A stretch of 64,000 nucleotides of DNA from Octopus vulgaris (GCA_951406725.2 OX597834.1:24738001-24802000), one strand, 5' to 3'. Counted from the first letter of the stretch, positions 38,690 through 52,115 are shown. The notes: a model not told the origin generated them from the letters alone. Made by a program: numbers and translations.

Positions 38690-39520
38690 CCTGCTAAATA
38701 CACCCTTGTATTAGAGGTGTGTAGAACGTGGTGTATATTTATTCATGTGTAAAGCAAACACTATTATACATCTGAACCACGTTTTTGCTGAATTAGCCTC
38801 TTGGTTGAGTATACACGTCGGATGAATGCAATGAAAAACTTTAATCATGTAACAGGCTGGTCTTATTTGTGATTAATGAGGAAAAGTTTGGGCGTGTACA
38901 GGCATGTGAAAATTAGTTCGGTTCGTTTGTTTAGGACTGGGGCAGGGAGGTTCATGAATGCAATATCTCTACAAAGCAGATTTGGTACAACCTTCGATAC
39001 ATTTTTAAGTGCCGACACCATATTTAATATTGCCTGTGGAATTCTGGCATTCTCAAATTTGGCTTTCCATTTGCAAATATATTTTGCAAGTGTTCGTAAC
39101 ATTGTGCAGATGCCGGTGGCAGAACTTGTTATGCTGATGCAGGCAACCATTAAAGGAAATGCTGCAAAGCTTGGCTTCATGACGACGTATTATTTCTGAT
39201 CGCCAGATAGATTATCGCTAGTAGAAACGTAGACATATTTTTCGATGCAGTTGCCATTCGGATGTAAGAAGAAAAGCTCTAGACTTCGACAATTGCATGT
39301 CGACTCTTTCCTTCCTTTGCTTGCAATGCTTTTGAACTGTGTCTCTTAATGCCGCAGGATATATTTTGTCTTATGCCGCTGTTGATCACTTTTAGGATTT
39401 TGTTTTTGAATATCAGATTGAATGTCGAACATTCGAAGAGTATTTTCTAATCGGAGAAAGAATATATTTTGCAAGATCCACAAGCGACCACCTTTTCAGT
39501 TCGCTATGTAATTCGCAAAT
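38690..39520 (-). pseudogene. decayed non-LTR retrotransposon ORF (post-RT / zinc-knuckle-like region)
   Basis: Protein-like frames, including ORF 38863-39180, ending in a C..IHHVL..YL pattern reminiscent of RLE-type (R4-like) elements. Confidence 0.3.
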
Positions 39521-39561
39521 GTCATTCAAAGTGATAGAACACGTTGAGTACAGTAGCAGCA

Positions 39562-39933
39562 GTGGAGGCGCAATGGCCCAGTGGTTCGGGCAGCGGACTC
39601 GCGGTCGGAGGATCGCGGTTTCGATTCCCTGACCGGGCGTTGTATGTGTTTATTGAGCGAAAACACCTAAAGCTCCACGAGGCTCCGGCAGGGGGTGGTT
39701 GCGACCCCTGTTGTACTCTTTCGCTCCAACTTTCTCTCACTCTTTCTTCCTGTTTCTTGTCCCCGACTTCCTACGCAGCCGCTGAGCCTGGATGCGCATT
39801 CATCCATCCGTCGATGCTCTGGGCGTCGGGGGTTGACCTGCTTTCTCTTCTGCGGGTCTTACGAATAGCAAAGGACCACGTTTCGGACTTCTTCCACTAC
39901 AGACGAAGACCGCTTCGCTCAACAAACAAACAA
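39562..39933 (+). mobile_element. SINE with family C head and alternative 3' module
   Basis: 12-bp TSD ACAGTAGCAGCA at 39550-39561 and 39934-39945. (AAAC)n tail. Confidence 0.92.
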
Positions 39934-40812
39934 ACAGTAGCAGCATATAGCAGGTTGAGTAATTGTGCAGGTCATCTACTGTTGCTTGGAGTTTGCTAAT
40001 GTTTGTTAGAAGTGGTATTAGGTTTAAAGATTTTCGAAAAAAAATGGTACCTAATGTAGACTCCGGCTCATATTTGAAGCACGTGTCACTTTCTGTTACC
40101 GAACTATTTAAGTGTGGCTGTTGTGTATTTGTTTTATCAGCATGTGTTTTAGTAGATGGCATCAGATATATGAGAGAGAGAAGGAGAGAGAGAGAAGGAG
40201 AGAGAGAGAGAGAGAGAGAAAGAAAGAAGCAGCTACTTAGAAGTAATATATATCTCTATATATAAAACTGAAATATATATATATATATATACTTTTCGTG
40301 ATATTTTCCGTCTGGCTTTGAAGAAATCCTAAAATGTATTGAATGTATACCAGCACGTGATGAATATAGGAAATATCGTCTCTGCATCTATAACACACAC
40401 ACACACACAGACAGACAGACAGACAGACAGACAGACGTTATCTACAATATGTTTGCGAAGTAAACTGATTTTTGTCGGGGAATTACATTAAGAATATGTT
40501 TGTAAGATACTCAACCACTTACAAACTAATACTGGAGCAGGTAATTCAGTAGATCGAATCTTCCGCTTCGAAAGCGATGGATACTCTATGTGTGTGTGTG
40601 TGTGTGTGCAATGAGGACAAGTTCGCATATTTAATTGAAGCTCTACCTGACCAAATCGATCCTAAGATTTATTAAGCAGACAATTATTAACCATCTTTAG
40701 GTTTCTGTCTTCGTATTGTTTTCTTTATTTCTTCCTCACTAATCTCCCATCACTGTTTCTCCACCTTACTATACTGTCTGTGTGTCTGTCTGTGTGTGTG
40801 TGTGTGTGTGTG

Positions 40813-40908
<96 letters not shown>

Positions 40909-41103
40909 ATTACAGGATTAATAAAGTTCCGTGGTGACTTTCAAGGTAATTTAGTCCAATTTAACCTTGAACCTGGAACCATAGCAATTAACAATATTAA
41001 TTTTATTGCTTGGAAACCATGAAATCTAGAAATTTACCAGAAAAACTCATTATTATTATTATTATTATCATTATTATTATCATTATTATCATCATTATTA
41101 TCA

Positions 41104-41150
<47 letters not shown>

Positions 41151-41809
41151 TGTAGTAGTAGAATAACTGGAAATTTAGTCATAATACAAATGACACCACC
41201 CACCCACCCACCTACTTTTTGTATACCTCGCCTCCTCCTCTGGCTTATCACAGTGATGATGATGATGGTGGTGATGATGATGAGTAGAAGTAGGACGTTA
41301 TTGGCATTATTAACCTTGATCCCAGAAGCATAGTAATTAATAAAAAAAAACACCACCACAACAGCAGCCACAACATTGATTAAAAGAAAACCTTTTCCTT
41401 TCACGATTGTCTTCAGACAATAATGACTAAACGATTGTCTTTAATCCTTCCTTTCTTCACTCCTTCCGTCTTTCTCTCCATATCTCTTTCGTTCGTTCGT
41501 TCGTTCGTTTTTTTTTCTTCTTTTGGTGCCTTTCTTCGTCTTCCTTCCTACCAATTTCGTTTCTTCGTTCATTGTTTTCTTCTATTTTTCTCTTTTAATA
41601 TCCCAAAGCAATCAAGGTTAAGCTGTAACCTTCTGAATAGCTAAGTGCACTCTTAGGCAAAAACGGAAAGAAAAGAAGGATAGTGGAATATGCCTTTACT
41701 GATTATATTTTATTTTAAACCTATCTTTTAATCAATTGCTAATTAAAAGGACAATTATCAATACTAATTAGAATGATAATTATTAATCTTTCTTTACCTA
41801 CTTACAGTT

Positions 41810-42060
41810 TAATATTTCGCTTAGGCACTGTGAGATTAATAACCCGGTGTAGAACTCAATATGCGTATGTTTCAGAACGAAGTGTTAGACGAGTATAGAG
41901 CGGTAAGAAGAAGAAAAAAAGATGATGCAGGAAAAACGATGGTTATATTATAACCTTCACCAGCCTACATCTGTTTCTGCTATAAGACACAGTGGACTTA
42001 TAGTTGAGTGCCTGAATAACATTCAGCAGCTTCAACGGAGCTTCGAATATGGAGTGCAAT
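41810..42060 (-). repeat. repeat family F
   Basis: Reverse-complement homology to 5040-5260 and 12700-12830. Confidence 0.65.
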
Positions 42061-42073
42061 TAATTTGGGAAAA

Positions 42074-42469
42074 TCTTTATATATAAAAGTCAAGTTGTGT
42101 GTCTGTCTCCTACGATTTAGATTCCTAACTACTCCCACATTTTGCGGTGCAGTTTAACCAAAACCGGGTATCTTATAGTCGTGATTCATATCGAGCCCTT
42201 CTGCGTATTAGCGCGAGTCTACGATGAGTCTACGATTTAAAAAAATTTTACCATCATTTTTTCCCATTTTAATGCATTTTTTCGCTATTATATAAGGGAA
42301 GTAACTCTCTAAAAATGTCTACGATGAGTCAACGATTAAAAAAAAAAATTACCATCATTTTTTTCCATTTTTAATGCATTTTTTTGCTATTTTTTGGCTA
42401 TAACTCTCTAAAAATGCTTATATAGTTATTTCCCTTACAAACCCGAGCAACGCCGGGCGATACTGCTAG
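42074..42469 (+). mobile_element. non-autonomous Helitron
   Basis: 5' TC, subterminal hairpin CCCGAGCAACGCCGGG, 3' CTAG. Inserted between A and T with no TSD. Internal ~100-bp duplication. Confidence 0.92.
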
Positions 42470-42873
42470 TTAATTATAATTTTATAAAAAGCAATTATAA
42501 TTTTATGTAAAACGTTGGTATATGAAAAACTTTCGGAGGTAAAAAAAAATTAAAAATTGTGATGTGTGCTTATTCTGAAAGTGTGACATTTCTTTAAATA
42601 TTAACTTTTTTTTTTATCTTTTACTTATCCCAGTCATTAGTCCAACGAATCGACCCCAGACTTTACTTTTTAAAGGCTGGTACTTATTCTATCGAACTCT
42701 TATGCCAAACCGCTAAGTTACGGGAATGTAAATACAGAAACACTGGACGCGGCATTGATGGTTGCGGTAGTTGTAGTAGTGATGGTGGGTAGTTGTGATG
42801 ATGATAGTAGTGGCAGTGGTGGTGGTGGTGGTGGTTATGATGATGTTGATAGATATTGTCCCCGGAAACTCAC

Positions 42874-42951
42874 AACGACATTTTATAATCCGTAGTTTTA
42901 AAAGGTTTTTAGTTTTAGCTAATCTCCCCTGTTCTGTCATCTCTATTACAC
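42874..42951 (-). CDS. putative internal exon (78 nt) of unknown gene
   Basis: TTCAG acceptor, GTGAGT donor, open phase-1 frame VIEMTEQGRLAKTKNLLKLRIIKCR in non-repeat DNA. No recognised homology. Confidence 0.25.
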
Positions 42952-43548
42952 CTGAACGAGTTACTTTATTGTTACTCCGGCTTCTATTTTACACTTATTA
43001 GACTCCCTTAAGAAGTTAAACCACAAAATCATGCTATACTTCAATTTTTTCACCATCTTTTCTCACTATTTGTAATAGTTTTCCTTTATTGTGTACTTAA
43101 ATATTTTTATAGTCTAACATACAGTAGATATATATCATTATTATTTATTTTCTACATCCATGTGTTCGTGGTAAAGACTATCTTTCTGAGCCGACGTTTT
43201 GGTGGTGTATTTTCTATCAAAAATATTGCCATAGTTGCCTTTAACATCCTATTAAAGCCTCGTTAAATTCCAATTGAGTATATTATATCTGTAACATGAG
43301 ACAACTGTTAAGTTATTGCTGCAACAAAATGGTGGCCAGTAAGCAGATTTGTCAGAGCATCGACTAAAATAGCTTGGCGATATTCGTTCTGGCCGTCTGT
43401 GCTTAAAGTTTAAATCTGACTGAGACTGACCTTGCCTTTCATTCTTCCGTGTCGTCAAATAATGTACCTGTATTGGCAGAATCGTTGGAGCGTCAGCAGA
43501 AAAAACTGGCGCATTACTTACTGAATTAAAATGCAGCCGTAGTCAATA

Positions 43549-43594
<46 letters not shown>

Positions 43595-43656
43595 TGTATA
43601 AGGGGGTTAGCCTTACGGCGTATCTTCAAGCGCCATATATGCGTATATATATCTCT

Positions 43657-43950
43657 GAGACCCCCTTTGGTCATGACTGACCATGGGATTGCACCTAGAA
43701 AGTTACTGGGCAGGGTTGTTTATGGAAGACCAGGAGTCGCCCATGCATACCGGCCTCCCCTCTCCACGCCACCCGGGATACAGCTTGGCACCTGTGACGT
43801 CGCAACTCATTTCTACAGCTGAGTGAACTGGAGCAACGTGAAATGAAGTACCTTGCTCAAGAACACAATACGCAGCCCGGGCCGGGATTCGAGCTCACAG
43901 CCTCACGATCGTAAGCTCGACGCTCTAACCACTAAGCCATGGGCCTTCAC
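43657..43950 (-). mobile_element. SINE family E (tRNA head, CORE-like body)
   Basis: TGGCTTAGTGG A-box, GAGCTCGAATCCC B-box, TGTGTTCTTGAGCAAGGTACTT. Confidence 0.85.
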
Positions 43951-43954
43951 ATGC

Positions 43955-44011
<57 letters not shown>

Positions 44012-44015
44012 CTAT

Positions 44016-44319
44016 GGTGATGGCGCGTGGCTTGTTGGTTTGGGCATTTGGCTCACGATCGTAAAGTCGTGAGTTCAATTCCCAGTGACGCGTTGTATCC
44101 TTGAGCAAGACACTTTATTTCTCGTTCCTCTAGTTCACTTAGCTAGCAAAAAAAAAAAGTAGTACCTGTAATTCAAAGGACCAGCTTTGACACAGTCTGT
44201 GTCAGCTGAATCTCCCTGAGAACTACATTAAGGGTAAACGTGTCTGTAGGGTGCTCAGCCATTTGCACGTTAATTTCACGAGCAAGCTGTTCCGTTGATC
44301 GTATTAGCTGGGATCCTCA
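44016..44319 (+). mobile_element. SINE with E-type head and C-type tail
   Basis: CCTTGAGCAAGACACTTTATTT body, then GTACCTGTAATTCAAAGG...CACGTTAATTTCACGAGCAAGCTGTTCC as in family C. Confidence 0.85.
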
Positions 44320-44332
44320 TATATATATGAGT

Positions 44333-44534
44333 CTAGGACATTTACCCCGCACGCACAATAATCTACCATGGGCAGTTACCCCTGAAGACAACAGAAGATG
44401 GTGTAAAACTTCTTAATATATCGAAGAGTGGGTAATTAACCAAGCGGGTTAATTGTTTTAGGGGATAGTTGTCGTCGGGGGAATTGTTCTATGGGGCCGA
44501 GGTAATTCTCCTAGGGGGTAATTGTCCTGATACG
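44333..44534. mobile_element. foldback MITE with GGACAATTACCCC-like subterminal repeats
   Basis: AGGACATTTACCCC at the left end, multiple GGGGTAATTGTCC-like motifs at the right. Confidence 0.55.
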
Positions 44535-44570
<36 letters not shown>

Positions 44571-44854
44571 ATGCATATGTGTGCTTGTGTGTGTATATAT
44601 GCATATGTGTGTGTGTGTGTGCGTGTATGTATGCATGTGTGTATATATATATATATATATATGCATATATATATATATATATATATATATGGATATATGC
44701 GTGTATATATATGTATGGATATATGCGTGTATATATATATGTTTATATATGCATATATATATATGTATGGATATATGCGTGTATATGTATGTTTATATAT
44801 GCATATATATATATGTATGGATATATGCGTATATATATATATATGTATGTGCAG

Positions 44855-45037
44855 GACGGCGAGCTGGCAGAATCGTTAGTACGCCAGACGAAATGCTTAG
44901 CGATATTTCGTCTGCCGTTACGTTCTGAGTTCAAATTCCGCCGAGGTCGTCTTTGCCTTTCATCCTTTCGGGACCGATGTAATCGACTTAATCCCTTTGT
45001 CTGTCCTTGTTTAGACCCCTGTGGGCAATAAAGAAAT
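44855..45037 (+). mobile_element. SINE A1 with internal deletion
   Basis: Deletion between the two GGGTCGAT motifs. Confidence 0.88.
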
Positions 45038-45139
45038 ATATATACGTGCCTGTGTATACACACACAGTCACATAGGCACACATACACACACACACATATA
45101 TATATATATATGTATCTATATGCATATATATATATATAT

Positions 45140-45345
45140 AGTTTCTTGTCGAAGATACGTCTCGCTTTCACCTTCGAAACGTAGAGTAGATGAAACCATA
45201 GCGACTGAAGAAGGGTTTTTTTCCTTGTGTTAATTGTCCTGTACTCTATTTCTTTGTTGTTTAAAATAATGTCCAGTTCCTTGGGTTTGTGTCTATGTTT
45301 TCGTGTCTCATTGTGTTCGACGTCTTTTTGGTGTCCTGTACTCAT
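45140..45345 (+). mobile_element. TA-flanked element with hammerhead 3' half
   Basis: TTCGAAACGTAGAG at 45173-45186. 5' core degraded. Confidence 0.4.
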
Positions 45346-45842
45346 ATATGCGTGTATATGTACATGTAGAGGTAGGTACGTACATATATGTTTATATATA
45401 TGCATATGTTTTATTTATTAATATATATATATATACGTGTACATGTTTTATGCTCACTCTTATATTCATACGCACAGTCTTGTGTGTTTCTCTATCCAGA
45501 CACAAACACGTGCGCACATACGCACACACACACACACACGTGCGCGCGCACACATATTCACAAGTCATTACACCAGTCAGAACATAAACAGATAAAATAT
45601 GAGAAGTTACATGATTGTGTTTATTGATTCGCAGTTAAAGCTGTTCACTGGCTGAACACAACACAATCCATTGCGCATGCGCTTATCTATACACATATAG
45701 CTACACCCGCACATACACACACACACACACTCTCTCTCTCCCTCATTCATGTAGTATATCTATCTATCCGTCTATCTACCTATCATCGAAACTGTAGGTA
45801 GTTACAAATTATATATATATAAATTATTATTATTATTATTAA

Positions 45843-45889
<47 letters not shown>

Positions 45890-45890
45890 A

Positions 45891-45939
<49 letters not shown>

Positions 45940-46013
45940 GATTATTAGTCTTTGTATATATGTGTGTCCGTCCGTGAATGTGAATCTTCCGTTGCCATCA
46001 TATCTAAGCGTAC

Positions 46014-46145
46014 CTTCCTCTTCACCACCGTTCCCACTCATCTCCATATCGATTGTGTCAAGATGGCTGTTGTGATATAAATGGTGGAATATTATGCAGA
46101 ACCACGATAAATATTCTGCAGACACTGGCTTTAATCCAAATAGTC
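46014..46145 (-). CDS. putative exon (132 nt) of unknown gene
   Basis: TAGCAG acceptor, AG|GTACGC donor, open frame LFGLKPVSAEYLSWF...MEMSGNGGEEE. Phase-compatible with 42874-42951. Confidence 0.25.
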
Positions 46146-46464
46146 CTGCTATTAAACGTATTGCTAATACCACTACCATGAGTGAAAGCAGTACCGAAAC
46201 CATCACCAAAGGACTTCCATCATCACCGTTACACCTCTATGGTGATTAGAACAAACTATAAGAATCGTCGTCGGTCTCCTCCTCCTCCTCCTCCTCCTCC
46301 TCATCATCATCATTGTTATCACTTTTACTGTCACTTCTGTCTTTATCGTCTTGATGACACCACTGCGACAGCTACTCTTTTATTTGTTTCAGTCGTTTGA
46401 CTGCGACCATGCTGGAGCACCGCCTTTAGTCGAGCAAATCGTCCCCAGGACTGTTCTTTCTAAC

Positions 46465-46730
46465 CTCGAAAGAATTCCTTTCAACACACGGCTATGATGC
46501 TCCCCCACTACTTCTGCTCGTGATCAGAGATGCACATATCGTCAGCCACTAAGGGACATGCTCAACTGGTTAAGGTGAAACAACTGACAAGCAAATCTGT
46601 TGTATTAAGCAGAATATTTGCCGTGGCCCATCTTTTATACCAAGACAAAACGATGCTAATTATAACACATCCAATCTGTTAAGATCAGAAGCCACGAGAG
46701 CCACCGCTTTGAACAGTATCAGAGCATTTA
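46465..46730 (+). repeat. interspersed repeat family G
   Basis: Reverse-complement homolog at ~48860-49040. Confidence 0.7.
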
Positions 46731-46739
46731 TTATTATTA

Positions 46740-46785
<46 letters not shown>

Positions 46786-46995
46786 GCGGCGAGCTGTCAG
46801 AATCGTTTGCACGGCATTTCTTCTGTCTTGACATTCTGAGTTAAAATTTCTCCGAAGTCGACTTTGCCTTTCATCCTTTGAGAGTCGATAAAATAAGTAC
46901 CAGTTGAACACTGGGGTCGATATAATCGACTCATCCCCCCCCCCAAATGCAACTTTTGTGGCAAAATTCGAAATTGTTATTTATTATTATTATTA

Positions 46996-47051
<56 letters not shown>

Positions 47052-47225
47052 TCAAATTTTGAGAGAAGGCTAGCAACTATAGTGGGAGGGATTTAGTCGA
47101 TGACATTGTCACTCAGTACTTGTCTGCAACTTTTACTGACCCCGAAAGGATGAAGGACAAACCTGACTTCCGCATGAATTGAACTCAGATTGGAAAGGGC
47201 CGGAAGAAATGCTGTTAAGCGTTTT
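46786..47225. mobile_element. two tail-to-tail SINE A2 copies around (ATT)n
   Basis: 46786-46975 (+) and 47050-47225 (-). Confidence 0.8.
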
Positions 47226-48204
47226 GTCCGAATAATAATTGTGATGATTTGCCACAGGAAAGTGATTGTCTGATGAGGAGCATTTTACGAGGACATTTTG
47301 CAATCTGAGTGAAAGTTTGCATGAAGATATACGGGTGGAATGGGTGGATTTGAAGAGATGGAATAAGTATACCTTGTGTACAAAATATGTGAATACACGG
47401 TTGATGTGAGCTTCCTGATATAGGAGGTCCCCTTGTATGGCCAATAGGAGACACCACAGATTCAGAACCACGCTGGCCACCAAGAACACGATGTCGTCTT
47501 CGACTGTTGTCTTCCAAAAATAATAATGAGGGTTTTGGCAAAGGAAAGTAAGGGCATGTTGTAGTGGATTAAGTGTAGTCGCAATATTTCTCGTACATTT
47601 GTGAACGCCAGAGTGAGGAAACAATGAAATTGACTGCAGTGAAGACGGAAGAAGCCGGAATTGCCACAGAGATGGAGATTGGCAATATTGATGTGTGTGT
47701 ATATGTGTCCTTGTATGTGCCTGTGTGTGAGATAGAGAGAGAGAGAGAGATGGGTTGGGAAGCGAGAAAGATGGACGCTACTAATGAAATTATTGCTGCA
47801 GAGAGCAATTAATATTCTTGTGGAAATTGCTAACCAGGAGAACTAACAGATAGAGTGAGGGAGGGAGAGATAGAGGTATATATATAGACAGAGGAGAAGA
47901 ATAGATGCTATTAATGTAAATATTGTTGGCTATGGTGATTAATATTCTGAGTGAGTCGCTAAAAGAATGAAGCAAACGAAGTAGAAAGTTCATAAAGTCA
48001 ACGTGGATCAGTGAGGCGAGAGTTTAGATTTGTGTTTGCAAGGAAAAAGATATTATAACAGTGAAATGTCTAGAAATAGTAGTAGTGGTAGTGAAGGCGG
48101 AATAAGTGAATTATTAGAGCCAAAATATGCCGGGAACTGTCTTTAAACTATATTTCGTTCATGAAACCAGTGTGTAGAATATAACCAGAGATGAGGTAAT
48201 TTCT

Positions 48205-48630
48205 AGAAAAGACAATTGTGGAGCGAAAATGCTAATAACGAAGAAATGGTTCTAAAGGGACAATTCTGGGGAGACAAGTTTCTAGGAACCAGTTCTGATG
48301 AAAGAATTGATAAGTGCCAATGCGAAAGGACAATTTGCAATTCAAAAAAAAAAAATAATAAAACACTTCTTTTTGAAGAAAGAATGGTGGAGAAACAATT
48401 CTGTTTGGACAATTCTTAAGAAAGAATTTCGAAGAGAGAACTGTGTGATGAGAGACAATTGCGAAAAACATGCTCGAAGAAACATTTTTGGAGAGAAAAT
48501 TCTGTGGAGACAATTGTGAAGAGAATTGCAAGCTGACAGTTGTGAGAGAAACATTTCTGAAGACAGAACTGTGAAGAGAGACAATTCTTAATGGAGAATT
48601 GCGAAGAGAAGATCTGGAGACACAATTCTA
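48205..48630. repeat. degenerate ~14-bp minisatellite (GAGACAATTGTGAA-like)
   Basis: Recurrent GACAATT/GAGAATT motif. Confidence 0.7.
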
Positions 48631-48689
48631 TCCCTAAGATTATTCTCTAGGGGACATCTACCATTACATTGTGTAACAAAATTTTAATT

Positions 48690-49130
48690 TGTTTTTGTCT
48701 CTGGTTACTATTTTTGTCTCTGGTTCCTATTTGCTTCTATCTAGAAATCAAAGGAATGACTACTATTTACTTCAAACTTTGCTTTTGGGACTGAGACATC
48801 AACGTTTTAAAACTGACCTATTTTCCATTACAATTCAGACAGATTCAGTACTGAGTTGTTGAATCAGAAGTACCCTTATAGCAAATATTCTGCTGAATAT
48901 CATAGTTTTGTTTGCCAGTTGCTTAACTTTAACTATTTGAGCATGTCACTTTGTAGCTGACAATCTGTGAATCTTTGATCATAAACATTAGTGGTTGAGC
49001 ATTATAACTATGTGTTGAGAGGGATTAATTGGTGTTTGAGAAAATGTAACAAAAGTAAAGTTTGAGGAAAATATTAGCCATTTATCATACTTTGTAGGGA
49101 AATAACTGTTACTGCCCCAGGACAAAAATT
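48690..49130. mobile_element. MITE-like element containing family G sequence
   Basis: Inverted TTCAAACTTTGCTTTTG / CAAAAGTAAAGTTTGAG and TTTTTGTC / GACAAAAA. Confidence 0.5.
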
Positions 49131-49487
49131 TGTGTTAGATCTATAAAATTAGATCTATAAAATCTACTCTATTATTATAAAACTGGCTAAATTAGTGAAA
49201 CAAGTCTATTGCGATAATAGATTATAACTGTAACAAGAATGGCAAACTTCCTAAGATTCGCTAAGGTAGGAAGAAGTTTCTATCTTACCAACGGCTGTGC
49301 TTTGAATTAACGGGTGTCAGAAGTCTCAATGATGAGGTTACCTCACCGTGGTCTAAGTAGTCTGGTGCTTTATAATGGTATTAGGATTGGTGTTAGATAT
49401 TCTATGTCTAAACACGAGCACAAAAATTGAAAGTACATATTTACCACTCAAGTGGCGAGTTTACCTTTACACTTAATCGTTATAGAC

Positions 49488-49776
49488 CAGTGATTCCCAT
49501 CGTTATAGATCAGTGGGCGTTGCTTCCCCTTGCGGGCGGTGAAAATATCTAGGGCTGCGTTGAAGAAAAGTGGGGCAATATTGGGGTAACCAAAAAGGGG
49601 CGATGGATGTAAAAACAACAAAATAACGGGTTAATTAGGTCGAGTTTTATTTGTGAAATAAGAGTTGTTTTGAATTTGCTGTAGAATGTGGTCTACATTT
49701 GTGGTGGTGAGTGGGGGTGCAAGAATGTGGCCCGGGTACCAAGTGGGCGGCAGTCCAAAAAGTTTGGGAACCACTG
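49488..49776. mobile_element. hAT-type MITE
   Basis: TIRs CAGTGATTCCCA / TGGGAACCACTG. Perfect 8-bp TSD TTATAGAC. Confidence 0.9.
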
Positions 49777-49792
49777 TTATAGACAAACGCCG

Positions 49793-49854
<62 letters not shown>

Positions 49855-50344
49855 CTCTATTTGTCTGTCTATCTCGTTATAAGTAAAAGCCAGCCACGCT
49901 TGAGGCGGCGGATAAGTTGAGAATAATTATTGACTAATTGCAATTCTAACCCTAATGACGAAAAGAAAGTCATTAACACTAATGTTACTTTGAAGTAAAA
50001 CCGCGGTGGATAAAGAAAGATCAGTCACTTGGAAATAATAATCAACTAAAATTGATTTTCCGGAAAAACACGCAAGGGGACGAGAAGTGTCGCTGATCAT
50101 TGGCCGATATAGCGACAACTGGATTTCGGGCTATTTGCTCTCTAATCAGCGAAACGAAGACCAATCAAATGGCTGGTATGATCGCATAACGTCGACTACG
50201 TATAATTGTTGTGTTGTATATAGTGTGAACAAATGTGAAATGAGATGACTTTCTCATTGACAAAACGCGCCAACCTGTGCAGGAATTGAACCCACTACGT
50301 TAAGAAAGTGAACCGAATACGCTAACTATTAGGTCACGCGCTTT

Positions 50345-50394
<50 letters not shown>

Positions 50395-50395
<1 letters not shown>

Positions 50396-50517
50396 ATAAA
50401 AATAGTAATGCAATACGAGAGTATTGCTTTCCAGTAAAGAATAGCCCGTGAGGGAAAATTATACATAGAAGTAAATATATGGCACAACAGTACTTCGTTG
50501 TGCCATATATTTACTTC

Positions 50518-50525
<8 letters not shown>
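50395..50525. mobile_element. TA-flanked element with 29-bp inverted duplication
   Basis: Arms 50460-50488 / 50497-50525. Confidence 0.6.
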
Positions 50526-50553
<28 letters not shown>

Positions 50554-50648
50554 CGTGTGCGTATACATAAGTATTTGTTTTTATTTAGTTATAAATGTAC
50601 GTAATGAGAGAGAGATGTGTGTGTGTGTGTGTGTATATGTATATATGC

Positions 50649-50681
<33 letters not shown>

Positions 50682-52115
50682 AGAAAATATTTAGAGATCT
50701 ATATATTTGTTTGTGTGAGTGTGTATTTGCTTTAACATGCGTGTGTGTGTGTGAGCATGTGAACGTGTTTACACATACATACTTGTATGTATGTATGTAT
50801 GTGCGCGCGTTGAGAGGGAGAGCGGGAGCCGAAACATCAAAGAAAATTTAAAAGCGAAACATGTTTAGAAAATCTGTGAACTATAGGATACAGAACGGAA
50901 GAGTGAATGGCATTATGGGAAGGGAAGATGAAAGGAAGGGTTAAACTGGGATTTCATAAATAAATATATAATAAATTAATTAATAAGAAATATAAAATAA
51001 ATATATGAATATGAAAAGAAATACATACATTAATAAATTAAATAAATTAATTAATATATAAAATGAATACAGGAGGCAAAATAGGATGAATAAATGTTTG
51101 TTTTTAAAAAATAAATGGTGAGCGAAAATATAAAAGAAATCACTTGAAATCGAATCAAATCATTTAAATCAATCTTGAAAGTGTGAAAAAATATATGAAA
51201 AATATATAAAACTGGTTAGACGTCATACCACACACACACACACACACACGAACACACACACACACGTACACACACACACACACACGTACACACACAAACA
51301 CACTCACACACACACACGAACTCACATACATACAGACACACTCACACACACACACACACACGCACGAACACACACACACACACACGAACACACACACACA
51401 CACGCACACACACGAACACACACACATACGCACACACACGAACACACACACACACACACACACAACACACACACGAACACACACACACACACATACACAC
51501 AGACGAACACACACACACACGCTCACACACACAGACGAACACACACACACACACACACTCGCACCCGCATACACTCCCCGGGTAAATACACGCACACTAA
51601 CCAAACACATATATTTACATACACACATAGAAATATTTGTGATCTATAATGCACACATGTTTCCGCCGACACGAAATTGTAAACTATAACCGAACTGCTG
51701 TAACCACCACCACCACCACCACCACCACAACCACCACAACCACCACTACTACAACTATTACTACTACTAACGTCACAAATTTTATTACTTTTCATTCCAG
51801 ACGAGTGTGATGCATGAAGGATTGCGTTTGGATGATTGGAAATTCTAGCTGAGATTTGAACCCGGTTCTATAGCACATCGACCTCACATTCCTCCTTATA
51901 TACTCCAAGATGGTTTTATTACCAAATAGTCTGACGGCGGATTGACGACAGACGTAAGTAATATATTTTAGTTATGCAGATTTACCTGTTTTATACGTAC
52001 ACACACACACATCTATGCATGGATAAACATCTTTACCCATTACTCTCTTTACCCTCAGACATCTTCTATATAAAGACGCATATGTATACATATAACAATA
52101 CACACATGCACTCAT

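Noticed and set aside
40916-40945. Plus-strand 30-nt microexon (TACAG|...CAAG|GTAATT)
   Set aside because: The pyrimidine tract is just a (CT)n repeat, no partner exons were found, and it overlaps the alternative minus candidate.
42874-42951. Similarity of VIEMTEQGR..KCRC to a vesicular glutamate transporter N-terminus
   Set aside because: Only a few residues match and I found no downstream transmembrane exons in the window.
47270-47320. Hammerhead at CTGATGAGGAGC
   Set aside because: No helix II or GAAA-helix III-UH arrangement. It lies in what looks like a decayed LINE remnant.
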